This document shows, one piece after another, positions 30,886 through 40,445 of a DNA stretch of 64,000 nt. Origin of the DNA: Clostridia bacterium (GTDB lineage: Bacteria; Bacillota; Clostridia; SK-Y3). Numbering within the stretch: the first letter of the stretch is position 1; each line of letters opens with the position of its first letter. The DNA lies in contig JBFWMP010000001.1 in the NCBI GenBank assembly GCA_050251575.1, forward strand, positions 7,913-71,912. The letters are read 5' to 3'. The notes beneath the pieces were generated by a model. That model did no database searches, had not been told where the DNA came from, and saw nothing but the letters and a program-made list of their open reading frames with translations. The position numbers were made by a program, and so were the translations under genes.

Positions 30886-30908
30886 TTATAATCACGCTCC
30901 TTATAGTA

Positions 30909-30997
30909 AGTGGGGAGTGGTTAGTGAGAAGTGGGGAGCCTGTCCAAAACATGCTTAATGGAACAGTCTTTTCCCATTATCCACCTTCTACTACCAC
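30909..30997. repeat. Heptamer array (AGTGGGG-type x4) with an inverted degenerate partner
   Basis: AGTGGGG AGTGGTT AGTGAGA AGTGGGG at 30909-30936; C-rich complementary tract at 30971-30997. Confidence 0.6.
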
Positions 30998-31042
30998 AGT
31001 ATAGCTTATATTATCTTTAAATATTGTATATAATATTAATTG

Positions 31043-31756
31043 TTATGTCAAAACTTTTCTGCATTTCTCCTCATATTCCCTCTCTGCTTGAGACTTTCTA
31101 AGATATGTAGGTGAGAATGTCATATAGTTTTCAACTTCTCCTAAACTAACTTTTTGCAAGGCGAGCCCAGCTATAGAAGAAGCCTTTTGCATTCTGCTGC
31201 TTATCGGTGCAAACTCACAAAGGTCTCCCAATGCATCAATCAGCTTGTCACGGTATACAGCCACAGCATCACCTGTAAATATCACTTTTTCTCTTTTTTC
31301 TTTCAACTCTTCAATAAGCTGTTCTATGGATATGGCACGATGCCCCTCAATCATATAAAAGGTCTTATCAATCCACTGATATAATGCGTTATAGACTTGT
31401 TCCCTTCTCGCATCCATAATGGGGCATATCAGATACTTACAAAACGGCAAGTTAAAGGCCAATCCATCTAAGCTGGAAATACCAACAAGAGGCTTATCCA
31501 TTGCATGAGCCAAGCCTTTTATAGTAGCAGCACCAATCCTTAAACCTGTAAAGGAGCCTGGTCCATTTGCTACAGCAAAGATGTCAATATCTTGAACTGT
31601 TAGTTCTGCAATTGATAAGATTTCTTGAATCATAGGCATTAGCTTCTGAGAATGCGTTTTTTTATGATTAAGAACATATTCGCCTATTAATTTATCCTCA
31701 TCTATGATTGCAACCGTTGCAACAATAGATGAAGTATCTACCGCAAGTACTTTCAA
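31043..31756 (-). CDS. tsaB: t6A biosynthesis protein TsaB (start probably TTG 31756)
   Basis: VLAVDTSS, THSQKL, GPGSFTGLRIG, MDARR, PTYLR. Confidence 0.95.
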   Translation of the reverse strand: MKVLAVDTSSIVATVAIIDEDKLIGEYVLNHKKTHSQKLMPMIQEILSIAELTVQDIDIFAVANGPGSFTGLRIGAATIKGLAHAMDKPLVGISSLDGLAFNLPFCKYLICPIMDARREQVYNALYQWIDKTFYMIEGHRAISIEQLIEELKEKREKVIFTGDAVAVYRDKLIDALGDLCEFAPISSRMQKASSIAGLALQKVSLGEVENYMTFSPTYLRKSQAEREYEEKCRKVLT

Positions 31757-31761
31757 ACTTA

Positions 31762-32295
31762 TCAACTCCTTTCAGTGGGGAGTATTAGTGATGAGTGGGG
31801 AACTCCTACTCGTGATATCATACTCCCCACTTGTGCAATTATTGCATTGTACTTATCACCTATTGCTTCAATAATAATTTCTCTGAAGTTCTCACTTTTA
31901 TCTAAATCTTTCTTTATGCTCACTTTTAGATAGACCTGAGGCAAAATTTCCTTAATGTTTTCAGCCCACTCAATCACTGATATGCCTTCTCCATAAATAT
32001 ACTCTTCAAAGCCTATCTCAAACATCTCATCGACATCATGAATCCGATATACATCAAAATGATACACAGGAACATTCCCATCATATTCATTTACAATAGT
32101 AAATGTGGGACTAGTTACATCTTCCTCTATCCCATAGGCCTTAACCAAACCTTTAGTAAATGCAGTTTTACCTGCCCCTAAGTCTCCACCAAGGCATACG
32201 ACGCATCCGGGTTCTAACTGCACCCCTATCTTATATGCTATTTGTTCTGTCTCTTGGGGAGAGTTACTGATTAATTTAATTATATTGCCTTTCAC
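31762..32295 (-). CDS. tsaE: t6A biosynthesis ATPase TsaE with a repeat-derived C-terminal tail
   Basis: GDLGAGKT, VTSPTF, HFDVYR, IEW. Confidence 0.95.
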   Translation of the reverse strand: MKGNIIKLISNSPQETEQIAYKIGVQLEPGCVVCLGGDLGAGKTAFTKGLVKAYGIEEDVTSPTFTIVNEYDGNVPVYHFDVYRIHDVDEMFEIGFEEYIYGEGISVIEWAENIKEILPQVYLKVSIKKDLDKSENFREIIIEAIGDKYNAIIAQVGSMISRVGVPHSSLILPTERS

Positions 32296-32315
32296 GTTTT
32301 AATCCCACCAAATAT

Positions 32316-32705
32316 TTATTTCGCATTGACCTTATTCATAAACTTTTCTACATCGATAATAAATCGTTCATGTATCCCTTCTCCGATTTTACACTTCTCA
32401 TCAAAGGCCTCCACTGCGAATACCAGTCTCTTATTATCGACTTCCTTGAGCTCTGCTTGCGCATATACCTTCATTCCTGCAGGTGTAGCAGAAATATGAG
32501 TGATATTTACTTTTGTTCCAACAGTTGACTGAACATTCGAAAGATAAGGCTGAACGCATTGTGCCGCAGCCTGTTCCATTAAAGCAATCATTATAGGGGT
32601 AGCAAAAACTTCAAGCGTACCACTCCCTATTTTCCTTGCACAAACTTCTTCTGATACCATAATCTCAACTTTTTCTCTTAATCCAATTTCTAATTGAGCT
32701 TTCAT
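32316..32705 (-). CDS. Hotdog-fold thioesterase (FlK/fluoroacetyl-CoA thioesterase-like)
   Basis: GSG...VFATP...LME, TVGT...H...TPAG, GEGIHERFII. Confidence 0.85.
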   Translation of the reverse strand: MKAQLEIGLREKVEIMVSEEVCARKIGSGTLEVFATPIMIALMEQAAAQCVQPYLSNVQSTVGTKVNITHISATPAGMKVYAQAELKEVDNKRLVFAVEAFDEKCKIGEGIHERFIIDVEKFMNKVNAK

Positions 32706-32882
32706 TGTTATCACCACCAAGTCAAAACTTTTTCAAATTTAAAAATATTCTATCATATTGTACCCAATTTATCCAATATTTTTTCAGCATGGGTAATAAT
32801 GAAAAATGGTTGTGTTATGGATAAAAAAATGGTAAAACATATATATGATATTATGTAACTCAAGTATGTTAAGGGACGGTTC

Positions 32883-33024
32883 AAAAGTATTGATAAAGTC
32901 GAACAATATGAAAGTAACCAAGAATGTCATTCTGAGTAGGGCGAAGGATCTTAGTATCTAAGCAGCTTTCAAGATTCCTTATTTCATTCGTAATGACACA
33001 AATACGGACTTTTTCAGTGGTCTA
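32883..33024. mobile_element. MITE-like element, degenerate copy 3
   Basis: AAAAGTATTGATAAAGTC...GACTTTTTCAGTGGTCTA ends; TGTCATTCTGAG...GAAGGATCTTAG...AAGATTC...AATGACA core; sits within hairpin arms 32860-32876 and 33037-33053. Confidence 0.7.
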
Positions 33025-33080
33025 CACGATTTTTTATCCTTTAACACACTTGACAAAATTTTTGAATGTGAGGTCAAATA

Positions 33081-34241
33081 ATGGGTAACAGAAATAAAAC
33101 GTTTTTATTTTCAATCGTAACAAGTTTTTACTGGTTCAGTTTATATGCCTATGTACCTACCTTATCTACTTACGTTGAATCTTTAGGCGCTTCTTACAAA
33201 ATGGTGGGACTTGTAGTGGGATCTTATGGATTTACGCAAATGCTCCTTCGTATCCCTTTGGGAATATTATCGGATAGGCTTAATAAACGAAAACTATTTG
33301 TTATCTTAGGAATCGTTCTTGCCTTAATTAGCAGTATCGGTCTATGGTTATTCCCTCATGTAGGCCTGACATTATTTTTCCGTGCTCTTGCAGGGACTTC
33401 CGCTGCTGCCTGGGTTGTTTTTACCGTACTATATTCCAGTTATTATGAAGATAGCAGTGCACCTAAGGCAATAGGCATATTAAATTCTTATAACTTTGCA
33501 GGGCAAATGACTTCTATCTTTCTCGGTGGTTTGGCAGCCCAATTTTTTAGCCAGCAAGCCTCATTCTTTGTTGCGGTAATAGGGGGTGTTATTGCTCTTA
33601 TTCTGAGCTTTGGCATTCAGGAAAACAAAAGCATTCAACGCAAACCGCTTGGTTGGTCCGACATATTGAGTGTCGCTACAGACCGCACGCTATTAGTAGT
33701 ATCAGGACTTTCCATACTATCCCAATTCATCACTTTCTCAACGATGTATGGATTTAATCCTGTAATAGCAAAGAATTTAGGGGCTACCAACTTCGAACTA
33801 AGCATTCTTACTAACCTTGCGACAATACCTGTTATTTTCGCTTCTCTCTTGAGCGTCGTGTTTTCTAAATATTTCGGAGAGAAGAAAACTGTAATGCTTG
33901 GCTTTACTATCGCAGCATTGTCTACGATGGCTGTTCCCTATATGCCGAACATACCATGGCTTTACTTCATGCAACTTGTGGGTGGCATAGGCAGAGGCCT
34001 CACTTTTCCATTATTGATGGGGTTAAGTATCAAAAATATTGATGGCTCCCGACGAGCTACTGCGATGGGTTTCTTCCAATCTATTTACGGAGTAGGTATG
34101 TTTATCGGTCCTATAATATTGGGCTTTTTCAGCGATACGATAGGAATGACGTTCGGATACTGGTTTACAGGACTCATCGGTATTATCGGTGCAGGCATCA
34201 CATATCGTTGTGTCCGTTCATCTAAGCAGATTAAGGACTAA
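33081..34241 (+). CDS. MFS transporter
   Basis: About 12 hydrophobic segments; GILSDRLNKRK motif A; FRALAG. Confidence 0.88.
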   Translation: MGNRNKTFLFSIVTSFYWFSLYAYVPTLSTYVESLGASYKMVGLVVGSYGFTQMLLRIPLGILSDRLNKRKLFVILGIVLALISSIGLWLFPHVGLTLFFRALAGTSAAAWVVFTVLYSSYYEDSSAPKAIGILNSYNFAGQMTSIFLGGLAAQFFSQQASFFVAVIGGVIALILSFGIQENKSIQRKPLGWSDILSVATDRTLLVVSGLSILSQFITFSTMYGFNPVIAKNLGATNFELSILTNLATIPVIFASLLSVVFSKYFGEKKTVMLGFTIAALSTMAVPYMPNIPWLYFMQLVGGIGRGLTFPLLMGLSIKNIDGSRRATAMGFFQSIYGVGMFIGPIILGFFSDTIGMTFGYWFTGLIGIIGAGITYRCVRSSKQIKD

Positions 34242-34248
34242 GCCTGCT

Positions 34249-34312
34249 GACGGTGTCAAGGGGACGACGGTGTCACCTGCAGGTGACAGAGAACCGTCCC
34301 CTTGACACCGTC
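34249..34312. repeat. REP-like nested palindrome (18-bp outer stem plus 18-bp inner palindrome)
   Basis: GACGGTGTCAAGGGGACG ... TGTCACCTGCAGGTGACA ... GAGAAC CGTCCCCTTGACACCGTC. Confidence 0.75.
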
Positions 34313-34315
34313 CTA

Positions 34316-34359
34316 ATAATAAAAAAGCCTGTGGTTCTTACCACAGGCTTTTTTATTAT
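34316..34359. terminator. Bidirectional terminator at the ftsH 3' end
   Basis: ATAATAAAAAAGCCTGTGGT-TCTT-ACCACAGGCTTTTTTATTAT. Confidence 0.85.
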
Positions 34360-36236
34360 TCATTATTTTCTTCAACCTTTTGCGCTTCTTCTACTTCTTC
34401 TTTATTTCTCTCTTCCTTATTATCAGGAAGACCTGCAAATATCTGCTCAAAATCAGGACCATCCAACTTTTCTTTTTCAAGAAGAGCCTCAGCTACTTTA
34501 TGAAGCTTATCGATATTATCCTGTAATAACTGCTGACATCTCTTATAACAATTATCAATAATGGTTCTGATTTCATCATCTATTTCTGCTGCAACATGTT
34601 CACTATAATTTCTCGACTGGACCATATCTCTCCCGATAAACACTTCATCCTGCTCAGAACCAAATGTCATAGGACCCAGTTTCTCGCTCATGCCATATTT
34701 CGTAACCATCTTACGTGCAATACCGGTAGCCCTTAAAATATCGTTAGATGCACCGGTACTGATATCATCAAGCACCAATTTTTCTGCAACACGTCCTCCT
34801 AGCAATCCAACGATATCTTCAATCATTTCCTGTTTAGAAACATAGTATTTATCTTCTTTCGGAAGAGATAAAGTATATCCTCCTGCGCTTCCACGAGGAA
34901 TGATGGATACCTGATGCACAGGATCCTGCGTAGGCAAAAGTTTTGAAACAACGGCATGCCCTGCTTCATGGTATGCTGTTAATCTCTTTGCCTTATCACT
35001 AATCACTCTTGTTCTCTTTTCAGGTCCCGCAATTACTTTGATAATAGCTTCTTCTAATTCAGGCATATTAATTTGCTTTTTATTGCGCCTTGCTGCAAGC
35101 AACGCAGCCTCATTCATCAAATTTTCAAGATCTGCACCTGTAAAACCAGGTGTTGTCTTTGCAAGCACTGATAATTCTATATCTGAACCTAATGGTTTCC
35201 CTTTTGAATGGACTCTTAAAATTTCTTCTCTTCCCCTTATATCCGGCACACCAACTACCACTTGTCTATCAAATCTTCCAGGTCTCAATAAAGCAGGATC
35301 TAAAATATCCGGTCTGTTTGTTGCAGCGATAATAATAACACCCTCATTAATTCCGAACCCATCCATTTCAACCAATAACTGATTTAATGTCTGTTCTCTT
35401 TCATCATGTCCGCCACCAAGACCTGCACCTCTATGCCTGCCTACTGCATCAATTTCATCAATGAAAACAATACAAGGTGCACTTTTTTTAGCTTGTTCAA
35501 ACAAATCTCTTACTCTTGAGGCACCGACACCAACAAACATTTCGACAAAATCAGAACCACTGATACTAAAGAAAGGAACTCCTGCCTCACCGGACACTGC
35601 CTTAGCAAGTAAGGTCTTACCTGTTCCCGGAGGTCCTACCAATAAAATACCCTTCGGTATCCTGGCCCCTAACTCTACAAACTTTTTTGGTGCCTTTAGA
35701 AACTCAACAACTTCTTTTAATTCTTCCTTCTCTTCATCCGCACCTGCAACATCATCAAAAGTAACCTTCTTTTTGTCATCACTTGCCAGTTTGGCTCTGC
35801 TTTTACCAAAAGACATTACTCTGCTTCCTCCGCCACCTTGAGACTGCTGAAGGAAAAATACCCAGAATAAGATGAAGATAATTACTAGCCCCAATGTAGG
35901 AAGTATCGTCACCCACCATGGCGGTGTAGGCGGCTCCTGAAAAGCTACCTTAAGTGTTCCGGCAGACATTTGTGCCTGCAAATCCTCTTGGATATCATCA
36001 TATAAAGTATCTACATCCGGAACAGTGACTTCGATTATTGTGTTATCTGTCTGTGTTGCAATCACTTTCCGATCTATAAATTCTAATTCTTTAATCTGCT
36101 CCGCCTTAATAAGCCTTACTAAGTCAGAATAAACTTTCTGATCAGTTTTACTAGGCAAATTATATAAAGTAAATATCATCAATATAACTACAAAAAGCAG
36201 AATATAGAAACTAATGCCCTTAGCGTACTTCTTCAA
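34356..36236 (-). CDS. ftsH: ATP-dependent zinc metalloprotease FtsH
   Basis: Two TM segments, [33 protein letters not shown]. Confidence 0.98.
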   Translation of the reverse strand: MKKYAKGISFYILLFVVILMIFTLYNLPSKTDQKVYSDLVRLIKAEQIKELEFIDRKVIATQTDNTIIEVTVPDVDTLYDDIQEDLQAQMSAGTLKVAFQEPPTPPWWVTILPTLGLVIIFILFWVFFLQQSQGGGGSRVMSFGKSRAKLASDDKKKVTFDDVAGADEEKEELKEVVEFLKAPKKFVELGARIPKGILLVGPPGTGKTLLAKAVSGEAGVPFFSISGSDFVEMFVGVGASRVRDLFEQAKKSAPCIVFIDEIDAVGRHRGAGLGGGHDEREQTLNQLLVEMDGFGINEGVIIIAATNRPDILDPALLRPGRFDRQVVVGVPDIRGREEILRVHSKGKPLGSDIELSVLAKTTPGFTGADLENLMNEAALLAARRNKKQINMPELEEAIIKVIAGPEKRTRVISDKAKRLTAYHEAGHAVVSKLLPTQDPVHQVSIIPRGSAGGYTLSLPKEDKYYVSKQEMIEDIVGLLGGRVAEKLVLDDISTGASNDILRATGIARKMVTKYGMSEKLGPMTFGSEQDEVFIGRDMVQSRNYSEHVAAEIDDEIRTIIDNCYKRCQQLLQDNIDKLHKVAEALLEKEKLDGPDFEQIFAGLPDNKEERNKEEVEEAQKVEENNE

Positions 36237-36386
36237 TAAACTCCCTCCTCAACAAACACTGGTATTATGCAATTTACGTAATAATCATATGCTATAATAT
36301 ATTAACACAACCTTCCAAAAAAAACAACTAAATTTGTACTCTATATTATTGTCCATACTATTCCCATTATGCAATTTTAAAGAGGT

Positions 36387-36938
36387 TCAAGCCTTTTTCA
36401 TATATACCTTCGGCTTCAAAACACCTACAAACGGCAGGTTCCTGTAGTTCTCAGCATAGTCTAGTCCATATCCTACTACAAATTCATCAGGAATATCGAA
36501 GCCTTTGTAGTCTACATCCACCTGAACCTTTCTTCTTGCGGGCTTATTTAAAATAGTACAAATTTTCACGCTTTCAGGACCTCTGGAAATTAATAATTCT
36601 TTCAAATACTTCAGTGTCAACCCACTATCAATGATGTCTTCCACAATAAGTATATGCTTCCCGTCAATATCGGTTTCTAAGTCCTTCAATATTCTGACGA
36701 CCCCTGACGTTGATGTTGAGGCTCCATAACTGGAAATAGCCATGAAATCCAGCTCAACCGGCACACTTATCTCTCTGATTAAATCAGTGGTGAATATGAC
36801 TCCTCCCTTTAGGACACAAAGGATCATCAATTTTTTCCCTTCATAATCTTTACTAATAATTTCACCTAACTCTTTTGTTTTCTCCAATAGTTGTTCTTTT
36901 GTCAATAATACTCTTTCAATATCTTCTATCATTTTCAT
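36387..36938 (-). CDS. hpt: Hypoxanthine phosphoribosyltransferase
   Basis: VLKGG, IVEDIIDSGLT, FVVGYGLD; tilS-hpt-ftsH order. Confidence 0.97.
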   Translation of the reverse strand: MKMIEDIERVLLTKEQLLEKTKELGEIISKDYEGKKLMILCVLKGGVIFTTDLIREISVPVELDFMAISSYGASTSTSGVVRILKDLETDIDGKHILIVEDIIDSGLTLKYLKELLISRGPESVKICTILNKPARRKVQVDVDYKGFDIPDEFVVGYGLDYAENYRNLPFVGVLKPKVYMKKA

Positions 36939-38344
36939 ACCTCCTGAAACTCAATCATTAAGATCTCTTTTGTACCGGGGGTACATTTATATTTATCACT
37001 CATTCTAAAACCTACCACCCATATAATATCCTGACCGCTGACAACTAGAGGGACAATATCCCTTTGATGCTTCGGCACCTTTAAATCTATAAAAAAATCT
37101 TTTAGTTTTTTTGTCCCGGTCATCCCCAAAGGATTAAACTTATCTCCTAGTGACCGATTCCTTATATATATTTCCTCATTTAGCTTATTATAATCAAAAG
37201 CTTTTGCATATTTATTAGATTCTATCCCTTTAAACTCATTCTTATCTACTATACGTGCTGTTACAAGCATACCTGCTTCTTTTACAAATACTGTATCCCC
37301 TTGTTCCAACAAATATGAATAGCTTTTGTTTTCATTAGGATCTTCTTTATCCACAAAACATACTTTATCATAAATAAGTTCCATTCTTATATTCCCGGGA
37401 AGATCCAGTGCTTTTCCGGCTCCTGTTCTCTCGGCAGAGTTTCTAATAAGTTGAAGTATTTCTTCAATATGTTTGTATTCTATATCTGTAGTATTCCCTT
37501 TAAAAACATGAATTGCCTTTCTTATAATCCGCCTTTGCACACTAGGATGCTGATTCATTATAAGCACTATCGGAATACTGACTTGTCTATCATCATTTTC
37601 TATGTTTTTATACAGAAGCTCATTCACATATTCTTCAATAAACTGACTATCTTGTCTTATAAGCTCTGCATTTTTTACAGCAGTATGAATAAAATTCGGA
37701 TTATGATTTTCCACAATACGCGGTATCAAATCCCACCTTAGCCTGTTCCTCGTATATACTGTGTCAAGATTGGATTTATCCAAACGGGGATTCAAAGAAT
37801 GAGTAAAGCAATATTCTTCTATCGCCTTTCTTTCCAATTCCAGAAGTGGTCGTATCACACCATCCTCACGAAATGGTTTGATACCTGAAAGTCCTTCCAA
37901 GCCAGCTCCACGAATAAATCTCATTACTATTGTTTCTGCCTGATCATTCATATTGTGTGCTACTGCGATTTTCCTCGCGCCCACTTGCCTGGCAGCTTGA
38001 AAAAAAAATGCATACCGTACTTCACGCCCGGCAGCTTCTTCTGAAATACCTCTTTCTTTTGATATCTTTTTTACATCTTCAGTTTTTAAAAAAAAAGGAA
38101 TACTTAAATCTGCACAAAGCTTTTCTACATATGCAGCATCCTGATCTGCCATGCTTCCTCTTAATTGGTGGTTAACATGTGCAACATATAATTTAATGTC
38201 ATATTCATCCTTAAGCGTATTTAAGATGTGCAGCAAACATACTGAATCAGGTCCGCCGGACACACCTACCAACACACCATCACCGGGTGAAAGCATATTA
38301 TATTTATCTATTGTTTTCTTTACTGTGTCAATCACATTGCTCAT
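36935..38344 (-). CDS. tilS: tRNA(Ile)-lysidine synthetase
   Basis: SGGPDS, HVNHQLR, AHNMNDQAET, IRPLL, RNRLR. Confidence 0.96.
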   Translation of the reverse strand: MSNVIDTVKKTIDKYNMLSPGDGVLVGVSGGPDSVCLLHILNTLKDEYDIKLYVAHVNHQLRGSMADQDAAYVEKLCADLSIPFFLKTEDVKKISKERGISEEAAGREVRYAFFFQAARQVGARKIAVAHNMNDQAETIVMRFIRGAGLEGLSGIKPFREDGVIRPLLELERKAIEEYCFTHSLNPRLDKSNLDTVYTRNRLRWDLIPRIVENHNPNFIHTAVKNAELIRQDSQFIEEYVNELLYKNIENDDRQVSIPIVLIMNQHPSVQRRIIRKAIHVFKGNTTDIEYKHIEEILQLIRNSAERTGAGKALDLPGNIRMELIYDKVCFVDKEDPNENKSYSYLLEQGDTVFVKEAGMLVTARIVDKNEFKGIESNKYAKAFDYNKLNEEIYIRNRSLGDKFNPLGMTGTKKLKDFFIDLKVPKHQRDIVPLVVSGQDIIWVVGFRMSDKYKCTPGTKEILMIEFQEV

Positions 38345-38352
38345 CGTATCCA

Positions 38353-38383
38353 CTCCGAACTCCAGGCCCCAGGCTCCTAGCTA
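38353..38383. repeat. Degenerate heptamer array between dnaB and tilS
   Basis: CTCCGAA CTCCAGG CCCCAGG CTCCTAG; the tilS-proximal unit gives GGAG 8 nt upstream of the ATG. Confidence 0.65.
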
Positions 38384-38389
38384 AAATCC

Positions 38390-39724
38390 TTAGTTGTGTA
38401 CTCTTTCCAAATTTGCAAATTTTGTATACTCTCCCAGCCATACCAATTCTACTGTGCCGGTTGAACCGTTTCTATGCTTCGCTAGAATACATTCGGCAAT
38501 ATTCTTTTTATCCGTATCCGGATTATAATAATCATCTCTGTATAAAAACATCACGATGTCAGCATCCTGCTCTATCGCACCCGACTCTCTTAAATCACTG
38601 AGAATAGGACGGTGATCTGCTCTGGTTTCAGGGGCACGGCTTAACTGAGATAAAGTGACCACCGGCACATTTAACTCTTTTGCCAGTATTTTCAAAGACC
38701 TCGATATTTCAGATATTTCCTGCTGGCGATTCTCAGTTCTGCCTCTCCCCTGCATCAGCTGCAAATAATCAATAACGATTAGCCCTAGATTCTTCTCCAT
38801 CTTCAATCTTCTGCATTTTGCACGTATTTCAGCCACTGATATCCCCGGGGTATCATCAATATAAATAGGAGCTTCCGAAAGCGGACCTATCACCCGGGCA
38901 AGCTTTGGCCAGTCTTCATCCTGAAGTTCCCCTGTTCTTATCTTCTGGCTGTCAATCAACGCTTCAGACCATAACATCCTATTCACCAATTGCTCCTTAG
39001 ACATTTCAAGACTAAAAACAGCTACAGGAACTCCAGCATGTAAAGCCGCATATTGTGCGATATTCAATGCAAAGCTTGTCTTCCCCATCGCCGGACGTGC
39101 TGCTATTAATATAAGGTCAGAAGGATGCAATCCGGAGGTTTTTCGATCAAGATCATTAAATCCTGTAGGTATACCGATAATCTTCCCTTTATTCTTAAAT
39201 AGTTCTTCCAGCTTATCAAAACTTTCTATTAATATATCTTTAATAGGGGCGAAACCCTGATTTGTTCTTTTTTCAAGAATATCAAAAATCTTCTTCTCGG
39301 CTTGATCTACTATAAAAGCTACTTCCTCGCCACCTTCAAAACTCATCGCAGCAATATCTGTGGAAGCTTTAATCAGCTTTCTCAATATAGACTTTTCTTC
39401 AACAATCCTTGCATAGTATTTAACATTTGCTGTGGTAGCTATATCCGTGGCAACCCCAGCCAAATATTCTATGCCTCCTATCGCATCTATGGAATTACGA
39501 AGCTTCAACTGTTCCGTAAGGGTAATCAGGTCTACCGGCTCATTCTGATCAAATAAATCCATCATCGCTTCAAAAATCTCTTTGTGATCTCCTCGGTAAA
39601 AATCATCACTTTTAATTATTTCTGTAACAGTTGAAATCGCTTCTTTATCCAATAACATTGCACCTAGAATAGATTGTTCTGCTTCCAAACTAAACGGTGG
39701 AATACGCCCTAATGGTATGTCCAT
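38390..39724 (-). CDS. dnaB: Replicative DNA helicase (start ATG 39724; ORF-track extension is repeat sequence)
   Basis: PPFSLEAEQSILG, AARPAMGKT, FSLEM, IDYLQL, LSQLSR, DLRESGAIEQDAD. Confidence 0.97.
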   Translation of the reverse strand: MDIPLGRIPPFSLEAEQSILGAMLLDKEAISTVTEIIKSDDFYRGDHKEIFEAMMDLFDQNEPVDLITLTEQLKLRNSIDAIGGIEYLAGVATDIATTANVKYYARIVEEKSILRKLIKASTDIAAMSFEGGEEVAFIVDQAEKKIFDILEKRTNQGFAPIKDILIESFDKLEELFKNKGKIIGIPTGFNDLDRKTSGLHPSDLILIAARPAMGKTSFALNIAQYAALHAGVPVAVFSLEMSKEQLVNRMLWSEALIDSQKIRTGELQDEDWPKLARVIGPLSEAPIYIDDTPGISVAEIRAKCRRLKMEKNLGLIVIDYLQLMQGRGRTENRQQEISEISRSLKILAKELNVPVVTLSQLSRAPETRADHRPILSDLRESGAIEQDADIVMFLYRDDYYNPDTDKKNIAECILAKHRNGSTGTVELVWLGEYTKFANLERVHN

Positions 39725-39740
39725 AATTTCACTCCATGTC

Positions 39741-39882
39741 AGTGGGGAGTGAATAGTGGGGAGTGGGGAATAAACCCCCTTCCCAACCATCACTCTCCAT
39801 CAATAGTTTTACTTAAAATAATATAGTGTTAAGAGTAGATTATTAGAAGTGTATCTCCCCACTATCCACTCCTGACTCCTCA
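39741..39882. repeat. Inverted pair of heptamer arrays between rplI and dnaB
   Basis: AGTGGGG AGTGAAT AGTGGGG AGTGGGG at 39741-39768; CTCCCCA CTATCCA CTCCTGA CTCCTCA at 39855-39882. Confidence 0.7.
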
Positions 39883-39890
39883 CCAGATAT

Positions 39891-40340
39891 TCATTTCTCT
39901 TCAACAACATTCACCTTAATCTTAGCACTTACTTCAGGGTAGACTTTTATTTCCACATCCATCGCACCCAAAGCTTTTATTGCTTCCGAAAGGTTTATTT
40001 TTCTTTTATCAACATCTATTTTATGTTGTTCTTGAAGCATGTCAGCAATATCCTTACTGGTAATAGAGCCGAACAACTTTCCATTTTCTCCTGCTTTTGC
40101 CTTCATGGTAACCGTCACTTTTGAAAGCTTTCCTGCAAGCTTTTTCGCCTCATCCAACTCTTTCTGTTTCTTAAACGCTTGAGCTGCTTTCTGACCTTCC
40201 AATGCATTCATATTTGATTTTGTTGCTTCAACGGCTAATCCCTTAGGAAATAAAAAGTTCTTTGCATAACCATCACTAACGTTAACCATATCTCCCTTTT
40301 TGCCTTGTCCTTTTACATCAACCTGAAGTATTACCTTCAT
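39891..40340 (-). CDS. rplI: 50S ribosomal protein L9
   Basis: [28 protein letters not shown]. Confidence 0.98.
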   Translation of the reverse strand: MKVILQVDVKGQGKKGDMVNVSDGYAKNFLFPKGLAVEATKSNMNALEGQKAAQAFKKQKELDEAKKLAGKLSKVTVTMKAKAGENGKLFGSITSKDIADMLQEQHKIDVDKRKINLSEAIKALGAMDVEIKVYPEVSAKIKVNVVEEK

Positions 40341-40387
40341 ATATAAACCCCTCCTATATATTCGTTTTATATTACCTTCTACGCCCT

Positions 40388-40439
40388 GCTCCTAGCTCCT
40401 AGCTCCTAGCTCCTAGCTCCTAGCTCCTAGCTCCTAGCT
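40388..40439. repeat. Perfect heptamer tandem repeat (CTCCTAG)x7
   Basis: Read directly; immediately after the gdpP stop codon. Confidence 0.95.
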
Positions 40440-40445
40440 ATTATA

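Noticed and set aside
39725-39793. N-terminal extension of DnaB
   Set aside because: Is translated heptamer repeat; GGAG SD precedes ATG 39724
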